Of a stretch of 64,000 nt of DNA, positions 25,972-35,770 are shown piece by piece. Under the pieces are notes generated by a model that was not told the origin of the DNA, did not search any database, and was given only the letters and a program-made list of their open reading frames with translations. Source of the stretch: Armatimonadota bacterium (lineage in GTDB: Bacteria; Sysuimicrobiota; Sysuimicrobiia; Sysuimicrobiales; Humicultoraceae); NCBI GenBank assembly GCA_037443565.1, contig JBBIOB010000006.1, positions 4,300-68,299 on the forward strand, read 5' to 3'. Both the position numbers and the translations under genes were made by a program. Within the stretch, counting starts at the first letter, position 1, and every line of letters starts with the position of its first letter.

Positions 25972-26946
25972 CTATAGCGGCCGTGCCTCGACGACGTGGA
26001 AGGTGCGCAGCCTCCCGTCCGGGCTCGGCCGCCACTCCACCTCGATCGGATGCGCGAAGTCCGGAGCAAGCCGCCCATGCTCGATCCAGTGGCGGCCGTG
26101 CGGATCCCCGGCGAGTGCCGGCCCCGCCTTGACGACCAGGCGCTGTGGCCGGTCGACCATGCACACCTCCTCAAGGGCGGACAGCGCGCCCAGGGCCTCG
26201 ACGATGGCGGCGCGCAGCGCTGTGGGCGGATCAGGCCGCACATTGACCAACCCGACGTTCTGCCGCAGCGGGCCGATGATCTTGACGTTGGCCAAGTCCG
26301 CCTCGAACCCGGCGTCGGCGAGCACCCGCAGTAGCGTCTCGTTGGCCTCGGCGACCGCTCGACCGTGGTAGTTGGGGTTGATCAGCGGCTTCAGCAGGTG
26401 CTTGAGCTTACACCCCTCGCGGCCGGTGTGCTCGCCGATGCGCGGGACGCGCAGCCCCAGCTCATCGGCCAGTGCACGGATCTGCGGCTTGTCCAAATCG
26501 AGCAGCGGCGAATAGTACCCGCCGTGCAGCTTGAGGCCCATCTGTCCCCAGGTGTCGCTGCGGTTCGAGCCGGTCAGCACCAGCCGACCGCGCGCCGCGG
26601 CCCGGACCATGCCCAGCTTGATTTCCCGGGTACAGCGGTTGCAGGCCGGACCGCCGCGCTGGACGACGTGCTGCATCCCCTGTCCCAGCAGGCAGCGCTG
26701 CTGCAGCCCGAGCTGCTCGGCCATCTCCAGCACGATGGCGTTGCCTCGGCGGTAGGCGTACTGGCCCATGTTGACGGTGACCAGAAGGACGCTGGCCGCA
26801 CCGATGGCGTCGCGCGCGAGCGCGGCCACGGTCGAGGAGTCGAGCCCGCCGCTGAACGCCACCGCGACCGGCGCTCCACCGGTGACCTCGCGGATCTCAT
26901 CGATGAGCGCCTGCGCTCGGACCGGAAGTGTCGCCGCCAAAGCCAT
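25972..26946 (-). CDS. PP-loop ATP pyrophosphatase (LarE/TIGR00268-like) with a C-terminal extension
   Basis: VAVAFSGGLDSSTVAALA (SGGxDS PP-loop). Confidence 0.65.
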   Translation of the reverse strand: MALAATLPVRAQALIDEIREVTGGAPVAVAFSGGLDSSTVAALARDAIGAASVLLVTVNMGQYAYRRGNAIVLEMAEQLGLQQRCLLGQGMQHVVQRGGPACNRCTREIKLGMVRAAARGRLVLTGSNRSDTWGQMGLKLHGGYYSPLLDLDKPQIRALADELGLRVPRIGEHTGREGCKLKHLLKPLINPNYHGRAVAEANETLLRVLADAGFEADLANVKIIGPLRQNVGLVNVRPDPPTALRAAIVEALGALSALEEVCMVDRPQRLVVKAGPALAGDPHGRHWIEHGRLAPDFAHPIEVEWRPSPDGRLRTFHVVEARPL

Positions 26947-27055
26947 GGTGCCTCAATTATACCCGTAGACTGAGCGGTGACACCGATGGAGGAACTTGCC
27001 GGATGCATGAGAACAAATGGCAGGAGTCCATGTGGGCTTTACCAGGAGGTGACAG

Positions 27056-27409
27056 ATGAGCACTCAGCCTGGCTCCGCCGAGCAGTCCAACAAGCTGCTC
27101 GCCGCGCTCGCGTACCCTATCTGGATCATCGCCCTCATCATCGTCCTGACCGACATGAAGAACGATCCGTTCATGCGGCGCCACGGGTGGACTGCGCTGT
27201 TCTGGGGCATCGCGTGGCTTGTCATCTGGGTCGCCGTGATGATCCTCTCCGCCATCCCCTTCCTGGGATTCCTGGTCGCGATCCTGAGCTTCCCAATCAT
27301 CTGGCTGGCCTGGTTCATTCTATCGATCTACTATGCGCTCCAGACGTATAATGGTAGGGAATTTACCATCCCGGTCGTGAGCGACTACGCCAAGCGCTAC
27401 GGAGGGTAG
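27056..27409 (+). CDS. DUF4870-family small membrane protein
   Basis: RBS aggaggtg; KLLAALAYPIWIIALIIVLTD...FMRRHGW; three or four TMs. Confidence 0.6.
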   Translation: MSTQPGSAEQSNKLLAALAYPIWIIALIIVLTDMKNDPFMRRHGWTALFWGIAWLVIWVAVMILSAIPFLGFLVAILSFPIIWLAWFILSIYYALQTYNGREFTIPVVSDYAKRYGG

Positions 27410-27638
27410 AACACCTCCGCCGAGGGAGCAGTTCGGATGTTGCCCCAACCCTTTGGTTGACGCTGACCGCTACGATCTAGCCGGTTCCGCCTCCGGTCCC
27501 CCCGGAGGGTCTGTCGGTCTTTTCCCGCACAACCACGGCACGTCCGCGCGGGAGCCGCCGCGCCTGCGCATTCCCTGCGACCTCGCGCTCCTCCTGACCA
27601 CCCTGCAGTGTCTACCAGCCTGCAGGGAGGTGCGCGAG

Positions 27639-28127
27639 ATGAGCATGGAGCAGGCAGCTGCCATCTGTCTGGTTCGAGGAAGACAGATCGAGGTGGTGCC
27701 CGGAGCAGAATTCACAAAGGATGCCAAACGCCACCGCAGAGTGGTCGTCGATGTGGGCGCCGGTGACGGCCGGTATGCGCGCCGGCTGGCACGAGAGCAT
27801 CCAGACACGATGGTCCTCGCCGTCGACGCCAACGCCGACGGCCTGCGCGAAGCCTCATTCCGTTCAGATCGGAAGCCGTCGCGGGGTGGCCTGGCCAACG
27901 TACGGTTCGTCCAGGCGGCAGTTGAGCACCTCCCCGCGGCTCTTCATGGAGTCGCGGATGAGATCCACGTCATGTACGGGTGGCGGGAGACCGGAGCACC
28001 AACATCATGGGGGCGCAGGTTGGGTCGGGGGCAGGCTGTCCGCGCCCTGGTGATCGTCGGGGAGATCAAGCCGCGCCCTGATGGCGGAGAGGGTGGGATT
28101 CGAACCCACGAGGGCTTGACACCCTAA
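27639..28127 (+). CDS. Class I SAM-dependent methyltransferase (small); its 3' end overlaps tRNA-Ser antisense
   Basis: RBS gggaggtg; motif I VVVDVGAGDGRYARRLA. The C-terminal residues GGEGGIRTHEGLTP are encoded by the tRNA complement. Confidence 0.5.
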   Translation: MSMEQAAAICLVRGRQIEVVPGAEFTKDAKRHRRVVVDVGAGDGRYARRLAREHPDTMVLAVDANADGLREASFRSDRKPSRGGLANVRFVQAAVEHLPAALHGVADEIHVMYGWRETGAPTSWGRRLGRGQAVRALVIVGEIKPRPDGGEGGIRTHEGLTP

Positions 28128-28172
28128 CGGATTTCAAGTCCGCCGCCTTCAGCCGGGCTCAGCCACCTCTCC
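28082..28172 (-). tRNA. tRNA-Ser (anticodon TGA)
   Basis: Reverse complement GGAGAGGTGGCTGAGCCCGGCTGAAGGCGGCGGACTTGAAATCCGTTAGGGTGTCAAGCCCTCGTGGGTTCGAATCCCACCCTCTCCGCCA has a long variable arm, anticodon loop CTTGAAA and an encoded CCA. Confidence 0.85.
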
Positions 28173-28210
28173 GGCGCCCATTATACCAGGAGGCACACGA
28201 CCGCTCGGGC

Positions 28211-29152
28211 TCACCCACGAGGTGTCGGCGTGGGCGACGGTGGAGCGGGGGGTGACGGCGGTGTGCCGGGCGCGGCCGGTTCGCGGGCCGGCGGTGACGG
28301 CTGCACCACTCCCGGCCGGATCTCGACGCGGGGGTCGGCCCACACGACCGTCAGGTCCCGTGTGTGCAATGGGTCTATGCCGCGCACGATCAGCTCGAGC
28401 TGGAGGACTCCGGTGATGTCGACGTCGATGGTGTCGGGCACGTCGCCGACGCGCTTCGGCTGGCTCGAGAACAGGACACCGCCGTCGGCGCGGATCTCGA
28501 AGACCGCCGTGAACTCAGGCGGCGAGCCGTCTTCCACGCCGGCGACCGCCCTGAACCGCGTGTACCGGCGCTGCAGGTTGTAAACCACCCTCCACTCGCG
28601 CTCGGTCTCGGATCGGCCCCGCCACCAGTTCCGCCGCTCCACGATCGCTCGTCGGTACAGCTCACCGAACAACTGCACCTGGCGGACGCGGTTGTCTTGA
28701 GTCACCCCTGCGGCGGCCGGTAGTGTGCTCAGGTACACCGGACCTGCCTGCGGCGTGGGCGAGGGCCCAGGGCTGCCGCGGGGGGAGGGCGGCGCGGCCC
28801 GTTGCAGCCTGCCCAGCCACGAGCGCGCGGTTCGGGCGTCCTCGCTGTTGGGCGCCAGCGCGATGACCCTGCTGAACGCCTCGATCGCCTCGTTCGTCCG
28901 CCCCATCCTCTCGTAGCACACTCCCAGCCATGAGTACGCGCGCACGTATCGCGAATCGATGGCAATGGCTCGCTTGAGGAGTTCGACCGCCCGCGTGCAG
29001 TTGTACTTGTTGTAGGCGTCGATGGCCTGCTCGACCAGGGCCTGGGCCGACGGCCCCGCCAGGGCGACGCCGGGATTGCCGGCCGGGAGCGCCGTCACGA
29101 CGCCGAGCGCCACGACGGCGCAGATCCATGTCGCCCGCGCAGCGATCAGCAT
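28211..29152 (-). CDS. Secreted TPR-repeat protein with a C-terminal NPCBM/NEW2-like carbohydrate-binding domain
   Basis: RBS ggaggtg; signal peptide; TPR repeats (AYSWLGVCYERMGRTNEAIEAF); C-terminal ...VVYNLQRRYTRFRAVAGVEDG...AVFEIRADGGVLFSS...VDITGVLQLELIV; Pro-rich tail. Confidence 0.55.
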   Translation of the reverse strand: MLIAARATWICAVVALGVVTALPAGNPGVALAGPSAQALVEQAIDAYNKYNCTRAVELLKRAIAIDSRYVRAYSWLGVCYERMGRTNEAIEAFSRVIALAPNSEDARTARSWLGRLQRAAPPSPRGSPGPSPTPQAGPVYLSTLPAAAGVTQDNRVRQVQLFGELYRRAIVERRNWWRGRSETEREWRVVYNLQRRYTRFRAVAGVEDGSPPEFTAVFEIRADGGVLFSSQPKRVGDVPDTIDVDITGVLQLELIVRGIDPLHTRDLTVVWADPRVEIRPGVVQPSPPAREPAAPGTPPSPPAPPSPTPTPRG

Positions 29153-29254
29153 GCTGTCGTCACCTCCGCTTGGCAAGTTCGCGCGATGTCGTCGAACTTC
29201 GACTCTCTCCGCCGCATCGACAAGGCACTGCTGCACTCCACATACTGCGCGGCG

Positions 29255-30208
29255 CTAAGGCGGCCGTGGCGGTGGCGGTGGCGGCGGCGGTGGCGGCGTA
29301 CGCCGCGGGGCCGCTGGCGCCGCGGAGAGCGTGAGATCCAGCACGACCGTTTCACCAGCACCGATCTCGATCTGGCGGGTGATCGCCCTGTAGCCAGACC
29401 TGCTCACCCGGATCGTGTGCCGTCCGGGCTGCACCTCGGCGCGGGCAAGAGGCGTGGTCCCGGCAGGTGTCCCGTTCACCTCCACCTGCGCGCCCGGCGG
29501 AACGGTCGTGATCCTCAGGATCCCGACGGTCGGCAGGGGCGGCTGGTCGGTTACCGCCGGAGCAGGGGCGGCGGGGGCCGGCGCACCCGTGGGTGCGGGC
29601 GCGGCCGCACTGTCCCGCGCGACGGCCGGAGACGGTCGAGGCTGCACAGTTGCCTGCTGCCGCCGGCTTCCCACGACGGCTGCGACGACCGCGATGATCA
29701 CCACGGCCAGCACGACCGCCGCGGTGGACGGTCCGCCGCTCGACCTGAGTACGGGACGCGGTTGCACCACTGCGTCATCGCGTTCTTCCATCAAGGGTGG
29801 CACCGCCGGCGAGTCGACAGGCGGCTCAATGACTGGAGGCGCCTCTAGCACCGGGGCCTCCACTGGCGGTTCGGCCTCGACCGCTGCAGTCGCTGATGGC
29901 TCCACCGCAGGCTGCTCGATTTCGGGCGAGGCCTCAGGGGGCAAGTCCGATGGGATCTGCGCCATGAGAGGCTCAACGGCCGGCGGCGCGAGGGGGACTT
30001 CATCTTGGGCCGCCTCACAGGCCGGACTGTCTCGGAGGTCGCCGCCGCAGTGCTCGCAGAACCAGACGCCGGCACGGGTTGACGGCCTTCCGCAGTGCGG
30101 GCACGTCGGCCCGCGGAGCAGGGCCCAACAGCGCGCGCAGAACTTCGCGGTGATCGGGTTCTCTGTCCCGCACCGCGGGCATGGGGTGGAGGCGACGCCC
30201 GTCTCCAA
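29255..30208 (-). CDS. Zinc-ribbon / TM / PEGA-domain protein with a poly-proline tail
   Basis: N-terminal CPRCG...CARC...CPHCG...CEHCG; acidic/Pro-rich linker; one TM (AAVVLAVVIIAVVAAVVG); PEGA-like VTTVPPGAQVEVNG...GRHTIRVSRSGYR; C-terminal PPPPPPPPPPPRPP. TTG start with RBS agagga (alternative upstream starts are possible). Confidence 0.55.
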   Translation of the reverse strand: METGVASTPCPRCGTENPITAKFCARCWALLRGPTCPHCGRPSTRAGVWFCEHCGGDLRDSPACEAAQDEVPLAPPAVEPLMAQIPSDLPPEASPEIEQPAVEPSATAAVEAEPPVEAPVLEAPPVIEPPVDSPAVPPLMEERDDAVVQPRPVLRSSGGPSTAAVVLAVVIIAVVAAVVGSRRQQATVQPRPSPAVARDSAAAPAPTGAPAPAAPAPAVTDQPPLPTVGILRITTVPPGAQVEVNGTPAGTTPLARAEVQPGRHTIRVSRSGYRAITRQIEIGAGETVVLDLTLSAAPAAPRRTPPPPPPPPPPRPP

Positions 30209-30387
30209 GAGCAATCCTCTAGAATCTTCTGGGGAAGTTCCCTCTCTGTTCTTTGCATGCCCTGAGAAGGGTCTCCCAAGACACCTGATACGACCTGCAC
30301 GCCGGGTCTCCCTGGGACGCAGGAGATCATCGGTTCCCGGCCAAGGAGATCGTCGGCTCCGACAGCGTGCTCGGCGAGGAGGCATCC

Positions 30388-31770
30388 ATGCACGACCTAC
30401 ACCTGACCGGCGGGCACGTGCTCGATCCTGCCAACAACCTCGACGGCCCCGCCGACCTGGCGATCCGCGACGGCAGGATCAGCGAGGTCGGCCGCGTCAC
30501 GTCGGGCGCCAGGCACACCATCGACGTATCGGGGCAGTTCGTCCTGCCCGGCGTGATCGACACGCATGCCCACCTCTCCCGCCACTTCGGCGGCGCAGAG
30601 GGCCACCGTATGGTGGCCGCGACCGGCGTGGTGACCGTGCTTGACTTGGCCGGCTCGTTCGATGATCTGACGGGCGCACTCACCGGCGGCGGTGCGGGCT
30701 TGAATGTGGCGTTCCTCCACCCGCTGATCCCCGGCGAGACCGTCGCCTCTTCAGATCCGACCGAGGCTGAGGTCGCCGCCGCGGTTGATCAAGCGCTGGA
30801 GGGTGGGGCGATCGGCGTCAAGCTGCTGGGCGGCCACTACCCGCTCGCGCCCGAGGCCACGGGCCGGGCGATGGACGCGGCCGCGGCGCGGCGCTGCTAT
30901 CTCGCGTTCCACGTGGGAACGACGCGGACCGGCTCCGACATCCGGGGCCTGGCCGAGGCTTTGGAGCTATCCGCGGGCCGGCGCATCCACGTCGCGCACA
31001 TCAACTCGTACTGCCGCGGCCAGGAGACCGGCAATCCGGTCGCCGAGGCGCAGCACGCGCTGCAGCTACTTGCCGCGCATCCGGCGGCGGTCAGCGAATC
31101 GTATCTCTCGGTCTACAACGGGACGTCGGCGCGGTGCCGCGACGGCGAGCCGACCAGCCACGTCACCCGTACTTGCCTGCGCCTGGGCGGATACGAGCAG
31201 ACCGAGGCCGGTCTCGAAGCCGCCATCAAGGGCGGGTACGCGCGCATCCATGCAATCCTCGGTGGTGAGGTGATCCTGGCCTCTCCGGCGGACGGCCTCG
31301 CGGCCTGGCGAGAGCGGAACACCGACGCCGGGGTGTCGTTCCCGGTCAACCACATTCCCTCGGCCATTTTGCTGGCGACCGCCAGGCGAAACGGCAGGTT
31401 TGTGATTGACGGTCTGAGCACCGACGGCGGCGCGATCCCGCGCAACTTCCTCGTGCGCCACGGCCTCATGCTCGTCCAGATGGGCGCCTGGTCGCTGCGC
31501 GACTTCGTGGTGAAGGCCAGCTTGAACCCGGCGCGGATGCTCGGCATCCCGACCAAGGGCCATCTCGCGCTTGGGGCCGATGCCGACGTGACGGTGATCG
31601 ACCCGGCCGCCGGTCGCGCGACCTTGTCTATCGCTGCCGGTGAGGTGGTCCTGTCCAAAGGACAGGTGGTCGGACGAGGCGGCGCATTCCTGACAACGCC
31701 GCGGGGCGCACCGGCCGTGCGCACGAGGATCCAGCGCTACACCGTGGTGCACGAAGACGGGTGGCAGTGA
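30388..31770 (+). CDS. Amidohydrolase-family metal-dependent hydrolase
   Basis: RBS gaggagg; GVIDTHAH (HxH) and downstream metal ligands. Confidence 0.75.
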   Translation: MHDLHLTGGHVLDPANNLDGPADLAIRDGRISEVGRVTSGARHTIDVSGQFVLPGVIDTHAHLSRHFGGAEGHRMVAATGVVTVLDLAGSFDDLTGALTGGGAGLNVAFLHPLIPGETVASSDPTEAEVAAAVDQALEGGAIGVKLLGGHYPLAPEATGRAMDAAAARRCYLAFHVGTTRTGSDIRGLAEALELSAGRRIHVAHINSYCRGQETGNPVAEAQHALQLLAAHPAAVSESYLSVYNGTSARCRDGEPTSHVTRTCLRLGGYEQTEAGLEAAIKGGYARIHAILGGEVILASPADGLAAWRERNTDAGVSFPVNHIPSAILLATARRNGRFVIDGLSTDGGAIPRNFLVRHGLMLVQMGAWSLRDFVVKASLNPARMLGIPTKGHLALGADADVTVIDPAAGRATLSIAAGEVVLSKGQVVGRGGAFLTTPRGAPAVRTRIQRYTVVHEDGWQ

Positions 31771-31788
31771 GGACAGACGAGAGTACAC

Positions 31789-32304
31789 ATGTCCACAACC
31801 CTCAACCGCTTTCCCCTCCTGGGCCTATGGGCGAGAGAAGCGGCGCGCCGCATGGGTTACCGCGAGGACGAGGCCAGCGCCCTGGGCCACGCCTACGCCG
31901 TCCTCTATGCGATCCGCCTGCGCCGGCTGACCCGGCTGGCGGAGGTGGAAGAGAGGGCCGAGCGGGCGCAGCGGAAGGTGCCGCGTGACACCCGCCAGAT
32001 CCGCCTGGGGGGAGACGACCTGACGGTCGTGCAGACCGGCGGGAGGGTGCGCGGGCTGGTCGGGGGCGAGACGCCTCAGACCGCCGAGACGTACCGCAGG
32101 AGCGTGGCCGACAAGTTCCCCGACGGGTACTACGACAGGCTTCAGGAGTGCTTCCGCGTCTACTTCCAGTCCTACACTCCGGAGGAGCTCCGCGAAGGTA
32201 TCGTCTACGATCACTACGATCAGTGGAAGCGCGCGTGCGGCGTCGGCCGGCTCGTCGACCTCGACCGGCTCCTCCGGTGGTGCCAGCGGCGAATCGGGGG
32301 CTAG
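31789..32304 (+). CDS. Hypothetical protein
   Basis: 171 aa, GC3-rich, begins 18 bp after the amidohydrolase gene. No family recognised. Confidence 0.45.
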   Translation: MSTTLNRFPLLGLWAREAARRMGYREDEASALGHAYAVLYAIRLRRLTRLAEVEERAERAQRKVPRDTRQIRLGGDDLTVVQTGGRVRGLVGGETPQTAETYRRSVADKFPDGYYDRLQECFRVYFQSYTPEELREGIVYDHYDQWKRACGVGRLVDLDRLLRWCQRRIGG

Positions 32305-32396
32305 AGACCTCACGGCACACTACGTAGCTCGTCACGTACCACGGGCCCTGTCGCTCCGCCTTGCGGGATAGCAGCACGAAGAGCCTGGGACTCACG

Positions 32397-33575
32397 CTAT
32401 TCGGCACCATCCAGTCGCCGGAGCAGTTCCAGGACGAACTCCTCCGTCCCTTCGATGGGCGCCGGATCGACGCGCTCAAAGGTGTCGGTGGCCTGGTGCC
32501 ACTCGGGGATGATACCGTCGGGCGTCAGGCCGACGAATGAGAGCGACGGCACGCCGTTGACCATCAGGCACGTGGCATCGGTGTGCAGGGTCGTGAAGGG
32601 CTTCGCGTAGGCGTTGAGGTCGGGCCGGTCCATCCTGATGCTCTCAGCGAGGGCGACCAGCTCCGGGGACGGCCGGTACGGGATGACCATGCCCTCGACG
32701 CTGACGTAGCACACGCCGGCACCCCTGCCACCGACGTTGTCGATGTTGATGGCCACCAGCCCGGCCAGCTCCGACCGGTGCCGCTCGACGAACGCCCGCG
32801 CGCCATGCGACCCCACCTCCTCGCAGCCGGTGCACAGGACCCACACCTCGACGTGCTCGAGCGGCGAGCGCGCCAGATGCTCCGCCAGGCTGAGGACAAT
32901 GCCTGCGCCGCTGCCGTTGTCGTTGGCGCCGTGCGTGTATGGCGTGACATCGGGCTGCCACGTCATCGCCAGCGCGACGAGATAGATCGGAGCCAGGACG
33001 ATCACGGGCCAGCGGGCTGCCTCGAGATCGAGGAGGAACACCAGCAGATAGAACAGCGCCCCAAGCAGGAACGCCGCAACGGCCAGCGTTGTCATCAGGC
33101 GGAAGAACGCCAGCCGCCGCGGCGAGCCGAACACCCAGGGCGTCCGGTGGGTGTCGATGTGGCCGACGACGAGCACCCGCCGGGCGACTTCCCCCGCGGC
33201 GGGGATCCGCGCCCAGACGTTCTGGCTGCGGCCTTTCGGCATGACGGCGCGGAGGACGTTGGGCCAGAAGTACATCTCCAGAAAGATCGAGGCGCTGGTG
33301 ATCACCATGACGACGCCCGCGAGCAGTGCGCCGGTCCGCCCTCCGAGCCAGAACAGCAGCACACAGGCGAGCCCGATGATTGCCGCAACAGAGAAGGGGC
33401 GCCAGCCGGTCTTTGGAGCCACGAACTCTTCCCAGTGCGTTTCCAGGTGGAGCGCCTCGAAGTGCTGCCGAACGTATTCGGCGGCCTGCCGCTCCTGTGG
33501 AGTCGTCGATCCGCGCGGGCCGATCGTGACGGCCAGGTGTCTCAGATGAGCCATGGCGGTGCTGAACATCGTCAC
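32397..33575 (-). CDS. M28-family peptidase with a membrane-spanning insert
   Basis: Zn-ligand context HTDATC...GANDNGSGAGIVLSLAEH...CTGCEEVGSHGA, plus several TMs. Confidence 0.7.
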   Translation of the reverse strand: MTMFSTAMAHLRHLAVTIGPRGSTTPQERQAAEYVRQHFEALHLETHWEEFVAPKTGWRPFSVAAIIGLACVLLFWLGGRTGALLAGVVMVITSASIFLEMYFWPNVLRAVMPKGRSQNVWARIPAAGEVARRVLVVGHIDTHRTPWVFGSPRRLAFFRLMTTLAVAAFLLGALFYLLVFLLDLEAARWPVIVLAPIYLVALAMTWQPDVTPYTHGANDNGSGAGIVLSLAEHLARSPLEHVEVWVLCTGCEEVGSHGARAFVERHRSELAGLVAINIDNVGGRGAGVCYVSVEGMVIPYRPSPELVALAESIRMDRPDLNAYAKPFTTLHTDATCLMVNGVPSLSFVGLTPDGIIPEWHQATDTFERVDPAPIEGTEEFVLELLRRLDGAE

Positions 33576-34069
33576 AGATCAGGCCGCGAACACGCGCCCG
33601 CTCTTGGATGGGGCTCCCTGTCATTGAGGAGCGCCAGCGGCACGCGCGCGAGCCGGGCGTAGGGGGGCGGCTCAAGCGGGACCTCATAGATGGTGCAGAG
33701 CAGCGTCCGCGCGGCCACCGCGGCGACGGCCTGGGCCACGGCCTGGTATTGGTGCCCGAAGTCGTCGGCAATAGCCAGCAGCTCTCCCAAGACGTCGGCC
33801 GCTGTTGCAGCCCGCCTGTCCAACAGTTCGATGTGCTCGATGGCGTCGTTGCCACCGATGCTGAGAACGGCAACGCTGGGGCGTTCCCGCAGCTTGGAAA
33901 GCTGCCCGTGGACATCGCTCATCCTGGCACCGTCCTGGGCAAGGCGGCGGACCGCCCACCGTGGTTCCAGCAGGGATTGCAGGTGTGCGGCTGTGTCCGG
34001 CTCTGGTGCCGTGTACGGGGCATTGTCCAGGATTGAGTCGCCGAGCAGGACCACGCTCTGGCCGTTCAT
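33572..34069 (-). CDS. SGNH/GDSL-family hydrolase
   Basis: VVLLGDSILDN ... GGNDA. Confidence 0.6.
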   Translation of the reverse strand: MNGQSVVLLGDSILDNAPYTAPEPDTAAHLQSLLEPRWAVRRLAQDGARMSDVHGQLSKLRERPSVAVLSIGGNDAIEHIELLDRRAATAADVLGELLAIADDFGHQYQAVAQAVAAVAARTLLCTIYEVPLEPPPYARLARVPLALLNDREPHPRAGACSRPDL

Positions 34070-34204
34070 CGCCTTCTCTCCGCAAGGGGTGTCCCTGGCC
34101 CCTTATCCGCACACCGGCAGTGCCCCTGCAATGCCCGGGGCCTTGACCGGATCTCCCTCTCCCGGCACTGTAGGTGATGGCGGTAGTCCTCACCGAGGTG
34201 ACCC

Positions 34205-35755
34205 ATGGCGCTCCCCGAGTTCCGCAACGAGCCCTTTACCGACTTCACGCAGGAGACCAACCGCAAGGCGATCACCGAAGCCCTCGACAGCGTCGGCCGC
34301 GAGCTGGGCAAGGAGTTTCCACTGGTCATTGGTGACGACCGCCTGCGGACCGACGGCAAGTTCACATCGTGGAACCCGTCCCTGAGGACGCAGGCGGTGG
34401 CCCTCTGCCAGAAGGCGACACCGCAGCACGTGCTGCGGGCCGTCGAGGTGGCCGAGCAGGCCTTTCGGGCGTGGAGCCGCGTGCCGGCCGAGGAGCGCGC
34501 GGCCATCCTCCTGCGGGCGGCCGACGCCTTGAGGAAGCGCAAGTTCTGGGCCGCGGCCTGGCAGGTCTACGAGGTCGGCAAGAACTGGACTGAAGCCGAT
34601 GCCGACGTGGCCGAGACCATCGACTTCATGGAGTACTACGCCCGAGAGGCCCTGCGCTGGGGCCGTGGATACGAGACGGCACCGCACCCGCAGGAGTGGA
34701 GCCATCTCACCTACATCCCGATCGGCGTCATCGCGGTGATCCCGCCCTGGAACTTCCCGCTGGCGATCCCGGCGGGCATGGCGACCGCCGCGATCGCCGC
34801 CGGAAACACGGTCGTGATGAAGCCCAGCAGCGACTCGCCGGCCAACGCCTTCGTCCTCCACGAGGCCCTCGAGGCCGCCGGCCTGCCCCAGGGGGTCTTC
34901 AACATCGTCACCGGCTCGGGCGGCGAGGTGGGCGATCCGCTGGTCCTGCACCCGCGGGTCCGCATGATCGCGTTCACCGGCTCGAAGGAGGTCGGCATCC
35001 GGATCTACGAGCAGGCTGCGAAGGTCCAGCACGGGCAGATCTGGCTCAAACGGGCGATCGCCGAGATGGGCGGCAAGAACGCCATCATCGTGGACGAGAG
35101 CGCCGACCTGGACGACGCGGTGGCCGCCGCGGTCTACTCGGGCTACGGGTTCCAGGGACAGAAGTGCTCGGCCGGCTCGCGGCTGGTCGTCCACGAGCGG
35201 CGCTACCGCGAGGTGGTCGAGGCCTTCGGCGGCCGGGTCCGTGAGCTTGCGGTCGGCCCGGCGAAGGACAACTTCCCGGTCGGGCCGGTGATCAACGGGC
35301 GCGCCCAGCAGGGGATCATGGAGTACATCTCGGTCGGCAAGCGGGAGGGCCGCCTCATTGCGGGCGGCGAGCCCGGCGACGGCGAGGGGTTCTTCATCCA
35401 GCCGACCGCCTTCGCCGACGTCGACCCGCGGGCCCGGATCGCGCAGGAGGAGATCTTCGGCCCGGTCGTCGCGGTCATCAAGGCCCGCGACTTCGACCAC
35501 GCGCTGGAGATCGCCAACGGGACCGAGTTCGGCCTCACCGGCTCGGTGTTCTCGAGAAACCCCGAGCACATGGCGCGCGCCCGGGCGGAGTTCCTGTGCG
35601 GCAACCTGTACATCAACCGCAAGTCCACCGGGGCGCTCGTGGGGGTGCATCCCTTCGGCGGGTTCAACATGAGCGGCACCGACGCCAAGGCCGGCGGGCC
35701 GGACTACCTGGGCTACTTCCTGCAGCCGAAGGTGGTGGCGATCAAGCACCGGTAG
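34205..35755 (+). CDS. rocA: L-glutamate gamma-semialdehyde (1-pyrroline-5-carboxylate) dehydrogenase
   Basis: N-terminus EFRNEPFTDFT; aldehyde dehydrogenase catalytic motifs (EMGGKNAIIV, FQGQKCSAGSRL). Confidence 0.85.
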   Translation: MALPEFRNEPFTDFTQETNRKAITEALDSVGRELGKEFPLVIGDDRLRTDGKFTSWNPSLRTQAVALCQKATPQHVLRAVEVAEQAFRAWSRVPAEERAAILLRAADALRKRKFWAAAWQVYEVGKNWTEADADVAETIDFMEYYAREALRWGRGYETAPHPQEWSHLTYIPIGVIAVIPPWNFPLAIPAGMATAAIAAGNTVVMKPSSDSPANAFVLHEALEAAGLPQGVFNIVTGSGGEVGDPLVLHPRVRMIAFTGSKEVGIRIYEQAAKVQHGQIWLKRAIAEMGGKNAIIVDESADLDDAVAAAVYSGYGFQGQKCSAGSRLVVHERRYREVVEAFGGRVRELAVGPAKDNFPVGPVINGRAQQGIMEYISVGKREGRLIAGGEPGDGEGFFIQPTAFADVDPRARIAQEEIFGPVVAVIKARDFDHALEIANGTEFGLTGSVFSRNPEHMARARAEFLCGNLYINRKSTGALVGVHPFGGFNMSGTDAKAGGPDYLGYFLQPKVVAIKHR

Positions 35756-35770
35756 CGGTATACTTTCGAT

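Noticed and set aside
29258-29300. GGC/GGT tandem trinucleotide repeat
   Set aside because: It is not a non-coding repeat or CRISPR-like array; it encodes the poly-proline C-terminal tail of the PEGA-domain protein on the minus strand.
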